Positions 39,927-52,780 of a stretch of 64,000 nucleotides of DNA are shown piece by piece. The notes under the pieces were generated by a model that saw only the letters and a list, made by a program, of their open reading frames with translations, had not been told where the DNA came from and searched no databases. How positions within the stretch are numbered: the stretch's first letter is position 1; each line of letters opens with the position of its first letter. The stretch is from the human T2T-CHM13v2.0 reference genome, Homo sapiens. A program made the translations under genes and the position numbers. The DNA is taken from assembly GCF_009914755.1 (NCBI RefSeq), contig NC_060938.1, one strand, 5' to 3'.

Positions 39927-41365
39927 CTGAGGCTTTCTTATTTTTACTCAGCATGAGGGTTTTGAGATTTATCAATGTCATCTGTATTAGTTTTCCACTT
40001 TGCTGAGTACTATTCCATTTTATGACCACATGTGACTATACTACAATTGTTTATCCATTCTCCTATTGATGAACACCTTAACTCTCTTCAGGTTTAAACT
40101 ATTATGAGTAAGACAGCTATGAACATTTCTGTACAAATGTTTTGATGAACATATGTTATTATTTTTCTTGATTCATTTGTGCCTCTATATTTTTGTTTAT
40201 GGTTTCTTTTAAGCTAATTTTGTATATGGTGAAAATAAGCATAATCATTCATTCTTTCCACATGGATATCTAGTTTTCACATCTAATTCTTGAAAATTTA
40301 TTTCTCCCCTCTCCTCCTCATTGAATTATCTTGGCACCTTGTTGAAAATTAATTGACCATATATGTATGTTTCTTTAGGGCTTTCTATTCTGTTACATTG
40401 ATTATATGTCTATTTTTACACCAGCATTACGCTGTCTTGATTATTGTAGTTTTATAGTAAGTCCTATACATTTGTTCTTTTTTAAAATAATTTTCTACTC
40501 TTTCGGATTTCCTGCCTTTCTGTATAAATTTTAGAACAAGGTTACCAATTTCTGTAAAAGAAAAAAAACAAGAAGCCTCCTGGAATTCTGACTGAAATAC
40601 TGAAATTGCATCGATTCTATAGATACATTTGGGGAGGAAAAACTTCTTAACAACATTGAGTTTCTATTCTGCAATTAAGATTATTTGGTTATTTTTACAA
40701 TTTCTTATGTATTTTTAAATTCTAGAACTTCCTTTTTTGCCTATAATTTTTATTTCTCTTTTAATTCACTATGAGCATATTTCCTTTTACTTTCTTAAAC
40801 GCAGTTTGTGGAGCTGCTTTAAAATGCTTGTCAGCTACTTCCAGTATCTGGCTCAATCACGTTGGCATCAATCTCCATTTACATTTTCTCATATCTTCTT
40901 TTGTCAAGTGGTTTTGGATTGTTTCCCATACATTATGCAAGTTATATTGCAGAGGCTCTGGATTTATGTTTCTCTAAAAGAAAGTTAGTAGTTTGTTTTG
41001 TTTGTGCAGGCTTTGTCATTTGTTAGAGTCCACCTGCAAAGGCTCTCTTTCAGATGTCAATTTAAAGCTCAGTTCAGTCGTTTTATTTTCTAGTCTTGAA
41101 GTCTGCCCTAAGCATGCATTGTTCATGTGTCAGTCAGAGATCTGGGGAAAAAAAAGTTTAAACAAAGAATTTGCATCTCCTCTTCTCTGGCTCTCTTCTT
41201 TCTGGGATCCCCCCAATCCCTACCTGACTTTCCAGAAATGGTATTTTCCCCAACTCTGTCCTCTGGTTTTTAGGCCTGAAAACCTGTGGGTTTTGTGTTA
41301 GACCTTCACCTGACCTGCCTGGCTCTGCCTGCCACTTGCCCAAAGTATAAAAACTGTTATTAATT

Positions 41366-41478
41366 AGAAGAAGAAGGGGAAGAAGAGGAGGAGAAGAACG
41401 AGGAAGAGGAATAGGCAGAGGAGGAAGAGAGGGAGAAGGAGGGTGTTGGGAAGAGGAGAGAAGCAGGAGGAGAAGGAA
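41366..41478. repeat. GA-rich low-complexity polypurine tract
   Basis: Degenerate (GAA/GAG)n array. Confidence 0.85.
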
Positions 41479-43518
41479 TTAAAATAAGAAACACATTCAG
41501 TGCCTTTTGTTTCTCCCAAGTGTCAACTTCCCTCTAGAATCTGTTGATGTTAATTCTCTAGTGCTTTCAGATACTTTACTGTGTTTTGTCCAGAGTTCAT
41601 AGTTGTTATCTGTGGAAAGACAAATTAGTTAGGAGCTTACCGGTCCTTCCTAGAAGCAGTGACAAACAGAAAATGTAAAAGGCGCTTGTAATTAGAACCT
41701 ATTGATAAGAAGAGGGCAGCATTGCTTTTAAAGAAATAACTCTTGGGAAAACACTTTAGTGGTCCTTTTGCTTACGTAAAGGTTCAGGTCAGGGCTATAA
41801 GGGATAAAGGAGTATTACAGAAAAGGAATGCAAAAGTTGTTCTGCATAATCAAATAACAGAAATACAGTTTCTTAGGGAAGGGAGTGGGAGTTGTTCTGA
41901 CATAAGAAGAGGATAGGAAAGAAGGGTGACAGTAAATAAGAAACCTTAGCTGGAAACAGGGTACTAAGAGGTGGAACAGCTGAGACAAAAAATAAAAAGA
42001 CCCTCCAATAGAGAAGAAATTTGGGGTCATGACTGTTGTCATGTCATGAAAGTTGTATCATTGTTTTTGTTTTAATACTTTATCCCAGACCTATTGTATA
42101 CCTCCACTGCAGCAGAGAAAGTGGGGAGTGTATTCTGCTACTCACTTGATTACTTTCCTCTATTGATTACATACTACTTCCTTAGCAGGTATATTATCTG
42201 AAAAAAAAATTATCACTAAATTAACTTTAGGACAGCAGTGTTCTAGAAAGAGTAATGATATATAATTTACATTTATGAAAGAAGCAAGCATCCAATAAAT
42301 TAGAAAATGCATACCATCATCCAAGTACATTGTTAAATATCCCAAGTGCTCACCTTATTGAGTATTTGACAAATGGATTTCACATTTATATCAGTACTAT
42401 TTTTATGTCATCTGCTGTGTTTGCTTAAATGTATGTGTTTTCACTAACGATGTTAAGTGTACTTAACTCCATTTATACTGTCTAGGAGGGATACTCAGGA
42501 AGGATGATCATTTGAAAACATTGAATAGGCCCTGATCATGTGTTACTTATACCGTTGCTGCTGATTCTTAGATTTCAATGATACTTTCATTTTGTCTGTA
42601 TATGATGCTAAGGGTTGAAATGTTTTCATACAAAAGATTCCTTTATTATTTTCTACACACCCCATGACTCCATGTTTGGAAATATTTGGTTCCAGGTAAC
42701 AATTTGCCTTCTCATTGAATAGGAAAAATAGAAATAATTGACAAGCAGAGTTCCTGCCTGGGGAAGAATAACAACTAGATTGAAAGAATTCCATCTAAAC
42801 ACAAAATATTTGAGTTTTAGTTAGTCTGGTAGCATTGTCACAGATAAATATACAATTTCTGTTGTATTTATTTTTTAAATTTACTTAGGTTTTTATTTTG
42901 TTTTTTTAAAAATATATTTTGAAATGTAAAAGAGAATAAAAAAATCAAAGCACGTTTCATTTTATTTCTAATCTGCACAAATAAGAAGCAAAAATAGTCT
43001 GTCAGGTAGCCTGTCCCTGGGGATCCTCGTTAATGTTTCCACAAGTCTCTAGAAATAAGTACCCTGGTTTCATAAACACACTGGCTTTCTAGTCTATACG
43101 GATCACACTAGTTTGAGAGCAACAAATTATCAAAGAGGAAAAATCTTCCCTCTAGCATTTCAACATGCTTTTGAGGGAGTTAGAGCGAGATATCTGATGT
43201 ATCTAAAAAGAGGCCTTTCCTGGTTATAGCAAAACCAATTGTGTGTAAAGGTCTTGGATTTAGAGATAAACTAAGCACCTAAGAGAGACTCATTGGGAAA
43301 AGTTGTTTTATTTTAAAAATAATTTTAAAAAATTGCAAAGTCTGTACTACATTATTTACTTTTATGTTTCCTTCCTTCAAAGGCAGAAAAAGACTGATGT
43401 TCCAGGTCCAGCAATCAGGCAAGAGGAGTTCCTTCTTACCTGTGGGACGGTCAGCCCTATTGTTCTAATCAAGCCTTCAATTGATTGGATGAGGGCCACC
43501 CACATTAGGAGGACAATC

Positions 43519-44152
43519 TGTTATGGGAAAGTGGTTCTGATCCAGACCCCAAGAGGGAATTCTTAGACCTGGAACATGAAAGAAGTCAGGGCGGGTCCAT
43601 AGAGTAAAGTGAAAGCAAGTTGATTAAGAAAGTAAGGGAATAAAAGAATGGCTACTCCATAGGCAGAGTAGCAGTATGGACTGCTGAGTTGAGTATATTT
43701 ATAGTTATTTCTTGATCACATGCTAAACAAAGGGTGGATTATTCATGAGTTTTCTAGGAAAGGAGCAGATATTTCCCAGAACTGAGGGTCCTTTCCCTTT
43801 TTAGACCATATAGGTTAACTTCTGGACATTGCCATGGCATTTGTAAACCATCATGCACTAGTAGGAGTTTCTTTTAGCATGCATATGCTTTATATTTAAT
43901 GTAAAATAAGCAGTGAGGATGACCAGAGGTCACTTTCATTGCCATCTTAGTTTTGGTGGGTTTTGGCTAGCTTCTTTTAGCACATTCTGTTTTATCAGCA
44001 GGGCCTTTGTGACCTGTATCTTGTGCCAACCTCCTGTCTCATCTCATGACTAAGAATGCCTAATCTCCTGGGAATGCAGCCCAGTAGGTCTCAGCCTTAT
44101 TTTACCCAGTCCTATTCAAGATGGAGTCACTCTGGTTCAAATGCCTCTGACA
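43519..44152 (-). mobile_element. Solo ERV1 LTR MER41B
   Basis: The reverse strand starts TGTCAGAGGCATTTGAACCAGAGTGACTCCATCTTGAATAGG. Length 634 bp; TSD aatc at 43515-43518 and 44153-44156. Confidence 0.92.
43752..43781. promoter_or_regulatory. Tandem STAT GAS motifs within MER41B
   Basis: TTCTAGGAA at 43752-43760 and TTCCCAGAA at 43773-43781 both fit TTCNNNGAA. Activity is untested. Confidence 0.55.
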
Positions 44153-46379
44153 AATCTGCTTTATTCCATCTATTATTTCAAAGATTTACCTCATTCAAAA
44201 ACAGCCTGACAGACCCACTGAAAATAATATTTGACCAAATATCTGGGCAGCTCATGGTCAAGTCAAGTTGACATGTAAATTAACTGTGATAGAGAGAGAC
44301 CAGTTCCCTAGGCCATGTCTTGAGCTCTTAAATTTAGGCAGGCTTGCATAAAACTCTACCCTGGGCTTTTCAGTTAGTAAATGATGTATTTCCTTTTTTT
44401 TAAAGTCATTTCAGCTATCTTTCTAATTGAAATCTTCATTATTATCTTCATGATATACCAGGACCCATATGGCTCCAAGTGGAAATCATTTGCAAATACC
44501 ATAGCTGAGATTATATTCTCCATCTGTCATCATCTTCAGACATTTCAGGGGCTAACATAGCTCAATGTTCCACTTGGCTACCAGCCAACACTATTCGTTA
44601 CATAAATAGAAATAATATGCTGTAGTGTTGTTTTTGCTTCACTAAGGAAAGAGATTCTTCTTTTAAGCTAGAATGTGTGTGTTCATAGTTGTGTCCCCAA
44701 ACCAAAATATCTCATTGGAATATTAAAAAGACAATCAACTAACAGTCCAGGAGAGCAGGTAACTTTACATCTTAGCATAGTGATTAAAACATTTATACAA
44801 CCCAAGCAGAATTCAAAATTCTCCTCAATTTCATGCAGTTTGTAAGTTGAAATTTTTCTAGCCCTTGAGATCTCTGTATTTATGACTCTATATAGAGAGA
44901 ATTCAATCCAACAGGCAATACAGACTGCTGTTTCTAACATTCGCTTTCTGTAGTTTTTTTTAAATTGCAATGACATACAACAATAAAACAATTGCCCCCC
45001 ACAAGACAGAAACTATACCAACTCATGCATAAAATAAATCATCTAAAGGCAGTAAGACTGCCAACTATTGCTAACAAGATTCATTTTACTTAAAAAATAC
45101 CTAAAACTTACCCAACCCTATTTTACCTTTTTCTGGGGCCTGATTCTGTTTCTGCATGTTAACGTCAATAGTTAAAAATGGGGTTGAACTCCTGAACCAG
45201 GTGACCAGTGCTTCGCTGGACTTTTGCAAATGTTTCTGGAAAGTTATTTATAAATTAAATCAAATCAGAAACTCTCTAGAGGAAATTGTTATCTAAAGAA
45301 ATTTTATAAGAAAATTTTAAAAAGGAAGGTATCTGGTAAAAGAAAATGTCCTCGGATTTGATGTTCATGTATACATTTTGTTTTTCTTATTTTGGACATG
45401 CATTAAGCAAAGTATGTCTAGAGTTCTCCTTTTTGAAAGTCATCAGAAATCAAATGACATTGAGGTATCAGACCACTCTAAAGTAGTGTGCCAGAGCAGG
45501 AGGATGTTGGACCTAGTTAACTGAGGACTGTGCCTAAGTGAAATTAAAGCCTTTTTCTCTTCCCTTTTTGAGCCAGATTTATAATATTTGGATTGAAATA
45601 TTTTTATATATAGGGATAACATATTTATTTTCATAAAGAAGTTCTTTTTTAAGTTAGAAGAAAGGAGAAAAAAAGCTCTCATCTGGTGAGTTTTGAACTC
45701 ATTCTTTGGCAGGTGACAGAAAGCCAATTCAAACTAGTTTGAGAGAAAAAAAAAATCAGTACTCATGAGCCCCTTAGCAGGATGAAACTATCTAATTCCT
45801 CAAATCGTTGCTAAGAACTGACAACTTTTCACCAATCTGAAAAATTTTCTTCCTTTGATTATTGGTGGTACTTACAGTCTTTTTCTATGCCTATTAGCTG
45901 TTCAACTGATTTTGTCAATTGCTCATTTGTTTATTTTTATTAAAATGTTTTAAAGTCAAGAATGCTAATATTTTGGTTATTAAGGGTTACACTTGTTATC
46001 CTATTGCCTTTTGACCTTATTGTGTGAATTTTATTTTGCTCACCATTTAAAATTTTTACATAGACAACCCTGTCAATCTTTTCCTATATGGAATTATGGG
46101 TTAGTTAACACACTTAGAAAAACTTTCCTACTTCACAATAATTTTCTTGTTTTTGTAGTGTCATTTTTTACACTTAAATATTTTATTTGGAATTCTGTTG
46201 TAAAAAGTAGCTACCTAGTAAACTTTCCTAAAAAACACTTTTGGTGCTGCAGTTATTGGCCATATCAATTAAAATAGGGACAATCATGGACTAATTTGGC
46301 TCGGAAAAATATCATGAATTTTCTTGTTTTGTCTTGGCTTTATTAACTGTATTAGTTAAGATTCTTTTGGTATACTTGT

Positions 46380-47120
46380 AGTAGTTGTCTTGTGTTAATA
46401 TTTTAAGTCACATACTGACTTAAAATAAGAATAAACATTTATTATCCTCAGAGTTTCTGTGGGTTATGAATTTTGTAGTGACTTCTCTGAGTGGTTCTGC
46501 CTCAGGTTCTTTCATGAGATTGAGTCAAGATGTGAGCTGGAAGTGCAATTATCTGAAAGTTTGGCTGGGACCAGAGGCTCTGCTCCCAAGGTGCTCATCT
46601 AGCATGGTGGTGCTGTTGAGGCCTCAGTTCCAGCCCACATGGGCCTCCCACAAGACTGTTTTGTCTTCATGATGTGGTGCTGGTTCCCTCCAGAACTGGT
46701 GACCCAAGAGAGCAGGCTAAGTGAAAGATACCCTGTCTATGACCTGGCCTGGAAACTCAAACAGCATTTCTTCTGCCATATTTAATCTGTTAGAAAAGCA
46801 TTACTAAGGACTCAAGTAAAGTTGCCAGGATTAGAGTTCCCTTTCTCCATCTTCAAGCTCAGCTTTCTCAGCATTAATTTGCTCCAGAGAAGCTCTTCTC
46901 TTGGGTTGTAAGATGATGCCAGCTTAGGTTACCACATTCTATCATCTTGATATACTGATTTGCTTAGCCCTGGGTTACATGGTTTACCCCATCTCTAAGA
47001 TCTGCTTCAGACCACATAAATAGAGAGTGGAGGGAGAATATACCCCTTCACAGAAAGAAGGTATATTTTTAGAAGAAGATGAAACTGATGCTAGTGTGGC
47101 AAACAACAAGTGTTTTACTG
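46380..47120 (-). mobile_element. MLT1 LTR fragments (E/F/G-like, then J-like)
   Basis: aaacatttattatcctcagagtttctgtgggttatgaattt...ggctgggaccagagg...ttctgccatatttaatctgttagaa. Confidence 0.7.
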
Positions 47121-47967
47121 TACTATCCACATATATGTACACCTGAATGGCCCATCAGTATATCTTAGATTACATTTCACATAGGACAGAAATCACATTT
47201 CTCAAATTTATTTTGTATAGTGCCAATTACAGTATCATGCACTGGGTTGGACTCACCTAGTGCTTCTGGGTAATCATTGATGAATGACTTAGCATTAGTT
47301 GAGCATGGATACGCAAGACCAGGAATCCCACACAAGTGTAGAATACCAGAATGTAGAGCAAGGTTAAAGGCAGCCTGGGTTCAATGGGTACTGAAGAAGG
47401 AACCATGTATTGCTGGGAGACCTTCATAGTGGCAGTTGAAATAGCATAAGTGAGTAGATGACACTGCTTAATGTTTTGTGTTCCTGGGACCACTGAGGAG
47501 GAATAGTGTCAAATCCCATCGCAAACCTCTTGAAATTAACAAATGTGAAGACATGTGATTATTCCTTTTGTACAGCATATGCTCCCTTATGTTTATCCCA
47601 ATTTGGTAGTAACACGTCACAAACTTACAATTTTCCCAAAGTTTACAAACATTATAGAGATTGGGGCTATATTTTACTCTCCTAAAAAGTCTCGTTGCAG
47701 AGAGTTCTTGACAACCATGCTGTGGAGATCTCTCGCCTCGTGCCATCATTCAAAGCATCTGTTTAGCTGAATGGCAGCTGGGGAGAAATAGTTGTGAAGG
47801 ACCCCATAAAGAAAAGATGAAGTGTGCAAAGGGAAACACAGGTGCTATAGTTTCTCATAAAGCCCCTTCTGTGCTAGGAGTGTCTGTGTAAACAGCAGCC
47901 CCAGCAGAAAGGTGAAGCTTCCCAAGGAGAGCTAACAATTAATACAATTCAGGTTAGTTCACACTGT

Positions 47968-48127
47968 TTCTTTTTTCTTTTATTTTACTTTCTTTCTTTC
48001 TTTCTTTCTTTTTAGAGACAGTCTTGCTATGTTGCCCTGGCTGGACTTCAGCTCCTGGGCTCAAGTGACCCTCCTGCCTCAGTTTCCCAAGTAGCTGGGA
48101 CTTCAGATGCCTGCCACCGCACCTAGT
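47968..48127 (-). mobile_element. FLAM (free left Alu monomer)
   Basis: (TTTC)n tail, tagagacagtcttgctatgttgccctggctgg...ctcaagtgaccctcctgcctcag, flanked by tagttcaca(c/t)tgt repeats. Confidence 0.88.
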
Positions 48128-48717
48128 TCACATTGTATTTTAAACAACTTTCTCATGATGTAACTACATCTCAGCCTTCATATAACTAATCATGTATTTA
48201 GTCACATCCTTGGCATGACTTGCAGAGTGTTAAAGCCAACTTCATCCCCACAGTGTGCATCCTCACCTTCACACAAAGGCTGAAGTCTCGTATGAGTGAT
48301 GCCTTCAGATAGGTTCTTTGTTACAATGCCAGGGACAACAACAATAGAAAGAAAGTAATCTCAGAATGGGCTCTTAAATGCACATCAATGTCTAGAAAAT
48401 GAATTTTCTAGTTTCTTTCTCAGCTGCTGTGTGCTCTATAAGAGAGAGGCAGCCCTATCATATTTTAAATTTCTGCATGGTCCCAGGGAGGAGTGCTCTG
48501 AGAACATAAAAGTATGTGTCCTTTTGTGTGGGAGAAGGAAGATGATGTTATAGGTTGGAGGAGGACATGGAAGAAAGAAAAAGATGGATTTGAGGACAAC
48601 ACTGTGTACTTGAATTTGCCCAGGGGAAGCTCCTACTCATTTACTAGGAGATAGGAATTGAAGTTTTAGACTATATTAAATTGGTTAGGCAGTTGTGACC
48701 TTCAAGTCCATCTTCAC

Positions 48718-48760
48718 TGTATTTGTCAAGGTCAGCCAAAGGAGCGAAATCAATAAGGGT

Positions 48761-48797
<37 letters not shown>

Positions 48798-49383
48798 GAG
48801 AAAGAGAATAGGTCAGAGATACAAGTAAGAAGAGTTCAAGTCTGAAGGCACTGTGCTAGCAGAATTCCTTCTTCCTTTGAGAAGGCAGTCTTTTTTCTTT
48901 TTTATTTGTTTTTTATTTATTTATTGCATTTATTTATTTTTATGTATATAATAGTTGTACATATTTGGGAGGTACCTGATATACTTTGGTACCTGCATAT
49001 AATGTGTAGTAATAAAATCAGGGTAATTGGACCATCTATCACCTCAAACATTTGTCTTTTCTTTGTGTTGGGAACATTACGAATCTTCTCTCTAGCTATT
49101 TTGAAATATACAATAAATTATTGTTTCCCTACTGTACTATCACATACTAGAATTTATTTCTTCTACCTAACCATATTTTTGTACCTCTTAACCAAGTTCT
49201 CTTCACCTTCAACTTATTGAGTGAAGTTCACCTATATTTTGGAGGGCAATCTTTACTCAAAGTCTACTGATTTAAATGCTTATTTCATCCAAAAATACCT
49301 TCACGGAAACATTTAGATTCATGTTGGGTCCAATAGCAGGGCACTGTTGCCAGGCCAAGCTGACATATAAAATTAACCATCTT
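48718..49383 (-). mobile_element. MLT2 LTR containing (TG)n at 48761-48794 and a nested L1MA 3' fragment (about 48900-49200)
   Basis: tgtatttgtcaagg start and aagctgacatataaaattaaccatc end. The insert carries L1MA motifs (atagttgtacatatttggg, aaatcagggtaattgg). Confidence 0.8.
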
Positions 49384-51704
49384 ATTCACTATGGCCACTG
49401 ATAGAGAACACGCCAGTGGTTTTAGGACCAAATCTTCCAATTCTGTCTTGAATAATAAGAAAAGGGCTTCTCGTGATGAAGTTTTTAATTATTCCTCTCA
49501 AAACTTATGATTACAGAAATATGACATGTGATAAGGAGTTGGCAACATGATGACCTTTGTCTTATTCCAAGGAGTTCACGGAGCCACATAGTTCAAAGAC
49601 ATTAAATATGGCACCCGTATCAGAGGTGAGAGTTCATACAGCTGTTAATTTCCAGTCTCTGGGGTAAAATAATTAATGTTTAATGATCTGCTGGCAGGGC
49701 TCACACCTTATAGATTATATGAAGAAAACCATCACTTTTATAGTTTATTTGTTCACTACTCAGCAAAAACATTTAATGCCTATTATGTGCTAGTATGTGA
49801 GCTAGATGCTGAAGAGACAATTAAGTTAAAAATCTCTCTCCTCACAATCAAAATAGAGATACAGGTCAATACCCTTCCCTCCCTAAAACCAAAAACGATA
49901 AGTATTTTGAAAGTTCTTAATTCCACTTTGAAGGAGTTAGGTAAAGAAATGATTGTCTGAGGTCACCGTGACTTCTGAAATAAGACTTAAGTGATGAGTT
50001 ATAGGAATAATAATAAAAGATTCCTTGAGTACTTTTTTATGTTTCAGGCATGGTTATAAGCACTTCCCATGTATTCAATTATGTAATGAGTAATATTTTT
50101 CCGGTAGCTCAGGGTGGGATGGCACACAGCATGTAGATGAAAACACAGTGGCCTATGAGAGGAGGACACACATTCAGGGAACTGCAAGTAACTTAGCAGT
50201 GGAACACAGGGCTCCTACGCAGAGGATCAGTCAGTGAGACTAAAACCTCTCTCCCTAAGATATTCCCAGTTGTCAACAGGCACTCTCTGGTTTGTCTCTA
50301 GTGCCAACATCGATCCTCAGTCCTTTAGACCTGGGCTGTGGAGCCTCCCAAGCCTTCACCCAACAGACCCAGGAACTTGGAATACACTTACTTTTTATTC
50401 ACAGTGTTAATTGCTTCAGGGTCTCAGCCTGTTTCCTTTGTTAACTGAGTCACCTACCATCCTTGCCACCATCATAGCTGACCCCTCCTCCGGTACCTTG
50501 AGTTATAGATTCTCATGATATTTTCTCTTTGTCAACTGGCTTCTACCTGCTTTATATCTTTAAGGAATTCATCACAAATTTTTGTCAAGACAGTATCTTT
50601 TATGCTTTAATAATATTCTTGAATTCATCTTTATCTAAATAATTTATAAATATGTATATATTTATGTGTATGTACATATGCATATGTATGTTAAAGGATT
50701 TGGGGCATCAGGAGAGGTCAGTATATGCTCATTCCACCATTATGATAATTTTGACTGCTGAGTCAATGAATTAAGCATCCCCATTTTTTTATTTTTATTT
50801 TTTATTTATTTTCATTGGTTTTTTTTAGGTTTTGCTGCTGATATTCGTTGCACTGGCCTCGTGGTGAATATTGAAATCCTCCTGACCTTGGAATCAACTC
50901 TCCAGTCCTCATCTCAAAACCCAAGGGGCAGTTTAATCTGTCTCTGTAGTTTGAGAGAGCAGGGAGAGACACTCAGCATCTGGATCTGCTGACTGTCCCC
51001 GTAGGATCCTAAGTCTTTTTTTCCTTGATGGTCTTTGTCTAGTGTCCTTTCAAAGACTCTCCCTTAGTCCCCTGCTGAGGATCAAAGGAAATAACAGAAT
51101 GGCTTGATATGCAAACATGGTAGTTTATAAACTACTGTCATCCCAGGCGAGAGGCCCTCTGGGGTACTTTAACTTCCCTTTTCACATTCTTGTGCTGCTC
51201 TGTGTGCCTGACTTCTTTGTGGTGGCAGGGTGAAAATGGTTGGAGGACTCAGCTCAGAAAAAAAGGAATTTCTGAAGTCAGAGTGGGGTTCATAACAGAG
51301 ATTCAAAAAGTTGGAAACACCTTAAGTATGTAGGTTTCTAAGGCCAGTCACTGAAAGGAACAAAAGGTCAAGACATTGGAATTAGAGGAACTGCCTTACA
51401 GGATATGGCAGCAGAGCACGAGATCAGATTTTTCCTTAAGCCATCTGGATTTTCTATCAGAATTTCCATCATTTCACCTGAGCACAGTGCTTTGGGGTCC
51501 CTGAGAGACCCAGACTGCATCTTTCTCCTACTCTTTTTTATTTCTCTGCTTCCTGCTTATTATTTAAAACTTTATTTTTTGTCCAAATTGTAGGAAAGTT
51601 GCTCTGATATCATTTCCTTTATTTGCTCTGACTATTTTAGTAAAACTGGATGGTCCAAAGCCCACCATGATTGATTTCTTTTTAAATCACACTTTGTTCC
51701 AACT

Positions 51705-52780
51705 AGAATTTTTTAAATCACCAGCTTGATTGAAGTAGAATTCATGTAACATAAAATTTAGTCTTTTAAATTATACAATTCAGTGATTATAAATATATTC
51801 ATGGAGTTGTGCAACTATTGCCACAATCTAACTACAAAACACTATCAGCACCCCAAAGAGAAACCCCATATACATTAGCAATAATTTCTCATTTTCCTCT
51901 TTCCTCCAGCCTTTGACAACCATGGATCTACTTTCTTTTTCAGTGAATTTAACTGTGCTGGACATTTCACATAAGTAGAATTATATGATATGTGATTTTT
52001 TGTGACCAGTTTCTTTCACTAGGCATAATGTTTTCAAGGTCTATCCATGTTGTAGCATGCATCAGTACTGCATTCCTTTGTATTGCTGAATAATATCCCA
52101 TTGTATACATAGACCACATTTTGTTTACCCATTATTCAATTAATGGAAATATGAGTTATTCCTACTTTCTGGCTATTATGAGTAACACTTCTATGAACAT
52201 TCATGTGTAGATTTTAGGGTACACTTGATTTTCAATTCTCTTAGGTGTATGCTTCAGTTCCTGGTTTGTATGGTAAGCCTACGTTTAACCTTTTGAGAAA
52301 CTGTCAGGCTCTCTTCAAGTAGGCTGAGCCATTTTACACTCCAACCAGCAGCATGTAAGAGTTCCAATTCTCCACATCCTTACCAACAGTACTATTATAT
52401 GTCCTTTTGCTTATAGCTATCCTTCTGTGTATAAAGTTTTATCTCATTGTGATTTTGATTTGCATTTCCCTGCTAGCTAATGATGTTGAGCATCTTTTGA
52501 TGTGATTATTTGTCATATGTATATCTTCTGCGGAAAAATTCCTTTCAAAGACTGATCATTTTTAAATCTGGTTGTTTTCTTATTGTTGAGATTTAAGTTT
52601 TCTATATATTCTAGATACAATTCCCTTATCGGATATATGGTTTACAAATATGTTCTACCATTTTCTGGGTTGTTTCTCACTTTCTTGTGTTCCTTGAAGC
52701 ACAAAAGCTTTTTAATTTTGGTGAAGTTCAGTCTACTTATTTATCGTTTGTAACTTGTGTTTTCTATTTGGTTCTTCATA
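51705..52780 (-). mobile_element. L1MB 3' end (about 1.1 kb)
   Basis: tatacaattcagtgattat, ccccaaagagaaacccc, ggacatttcacataagtagaat, ttttgagaaactgtcag, ttttgatttgcatttccctg. Confidence 0.88.

Larger units (their letters stand above)
39070..41700 (-). mobile_element. Fragmented old L1M (3' end through ORF2/ORF1 remnants)
   Basis: T-rich antisense L1 motifs (ttgtttatccattctcctattgatgaacac, tatggtgaaaataag, gtcttgattattgtagttttatagtaagtc, attgcatcgattctatagat). Interrupted by a THE1 LTR. Confidence 0.75.
43375..44291 (-). mobile_element. MLT2 (ERVL) LTR split by MER41B
   Basis: ccttcaattgattggatgagggccacccacatt...aatc | tgctttattcc...gtcaagttgacatgtaaattaac. Confidence 0.85.
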
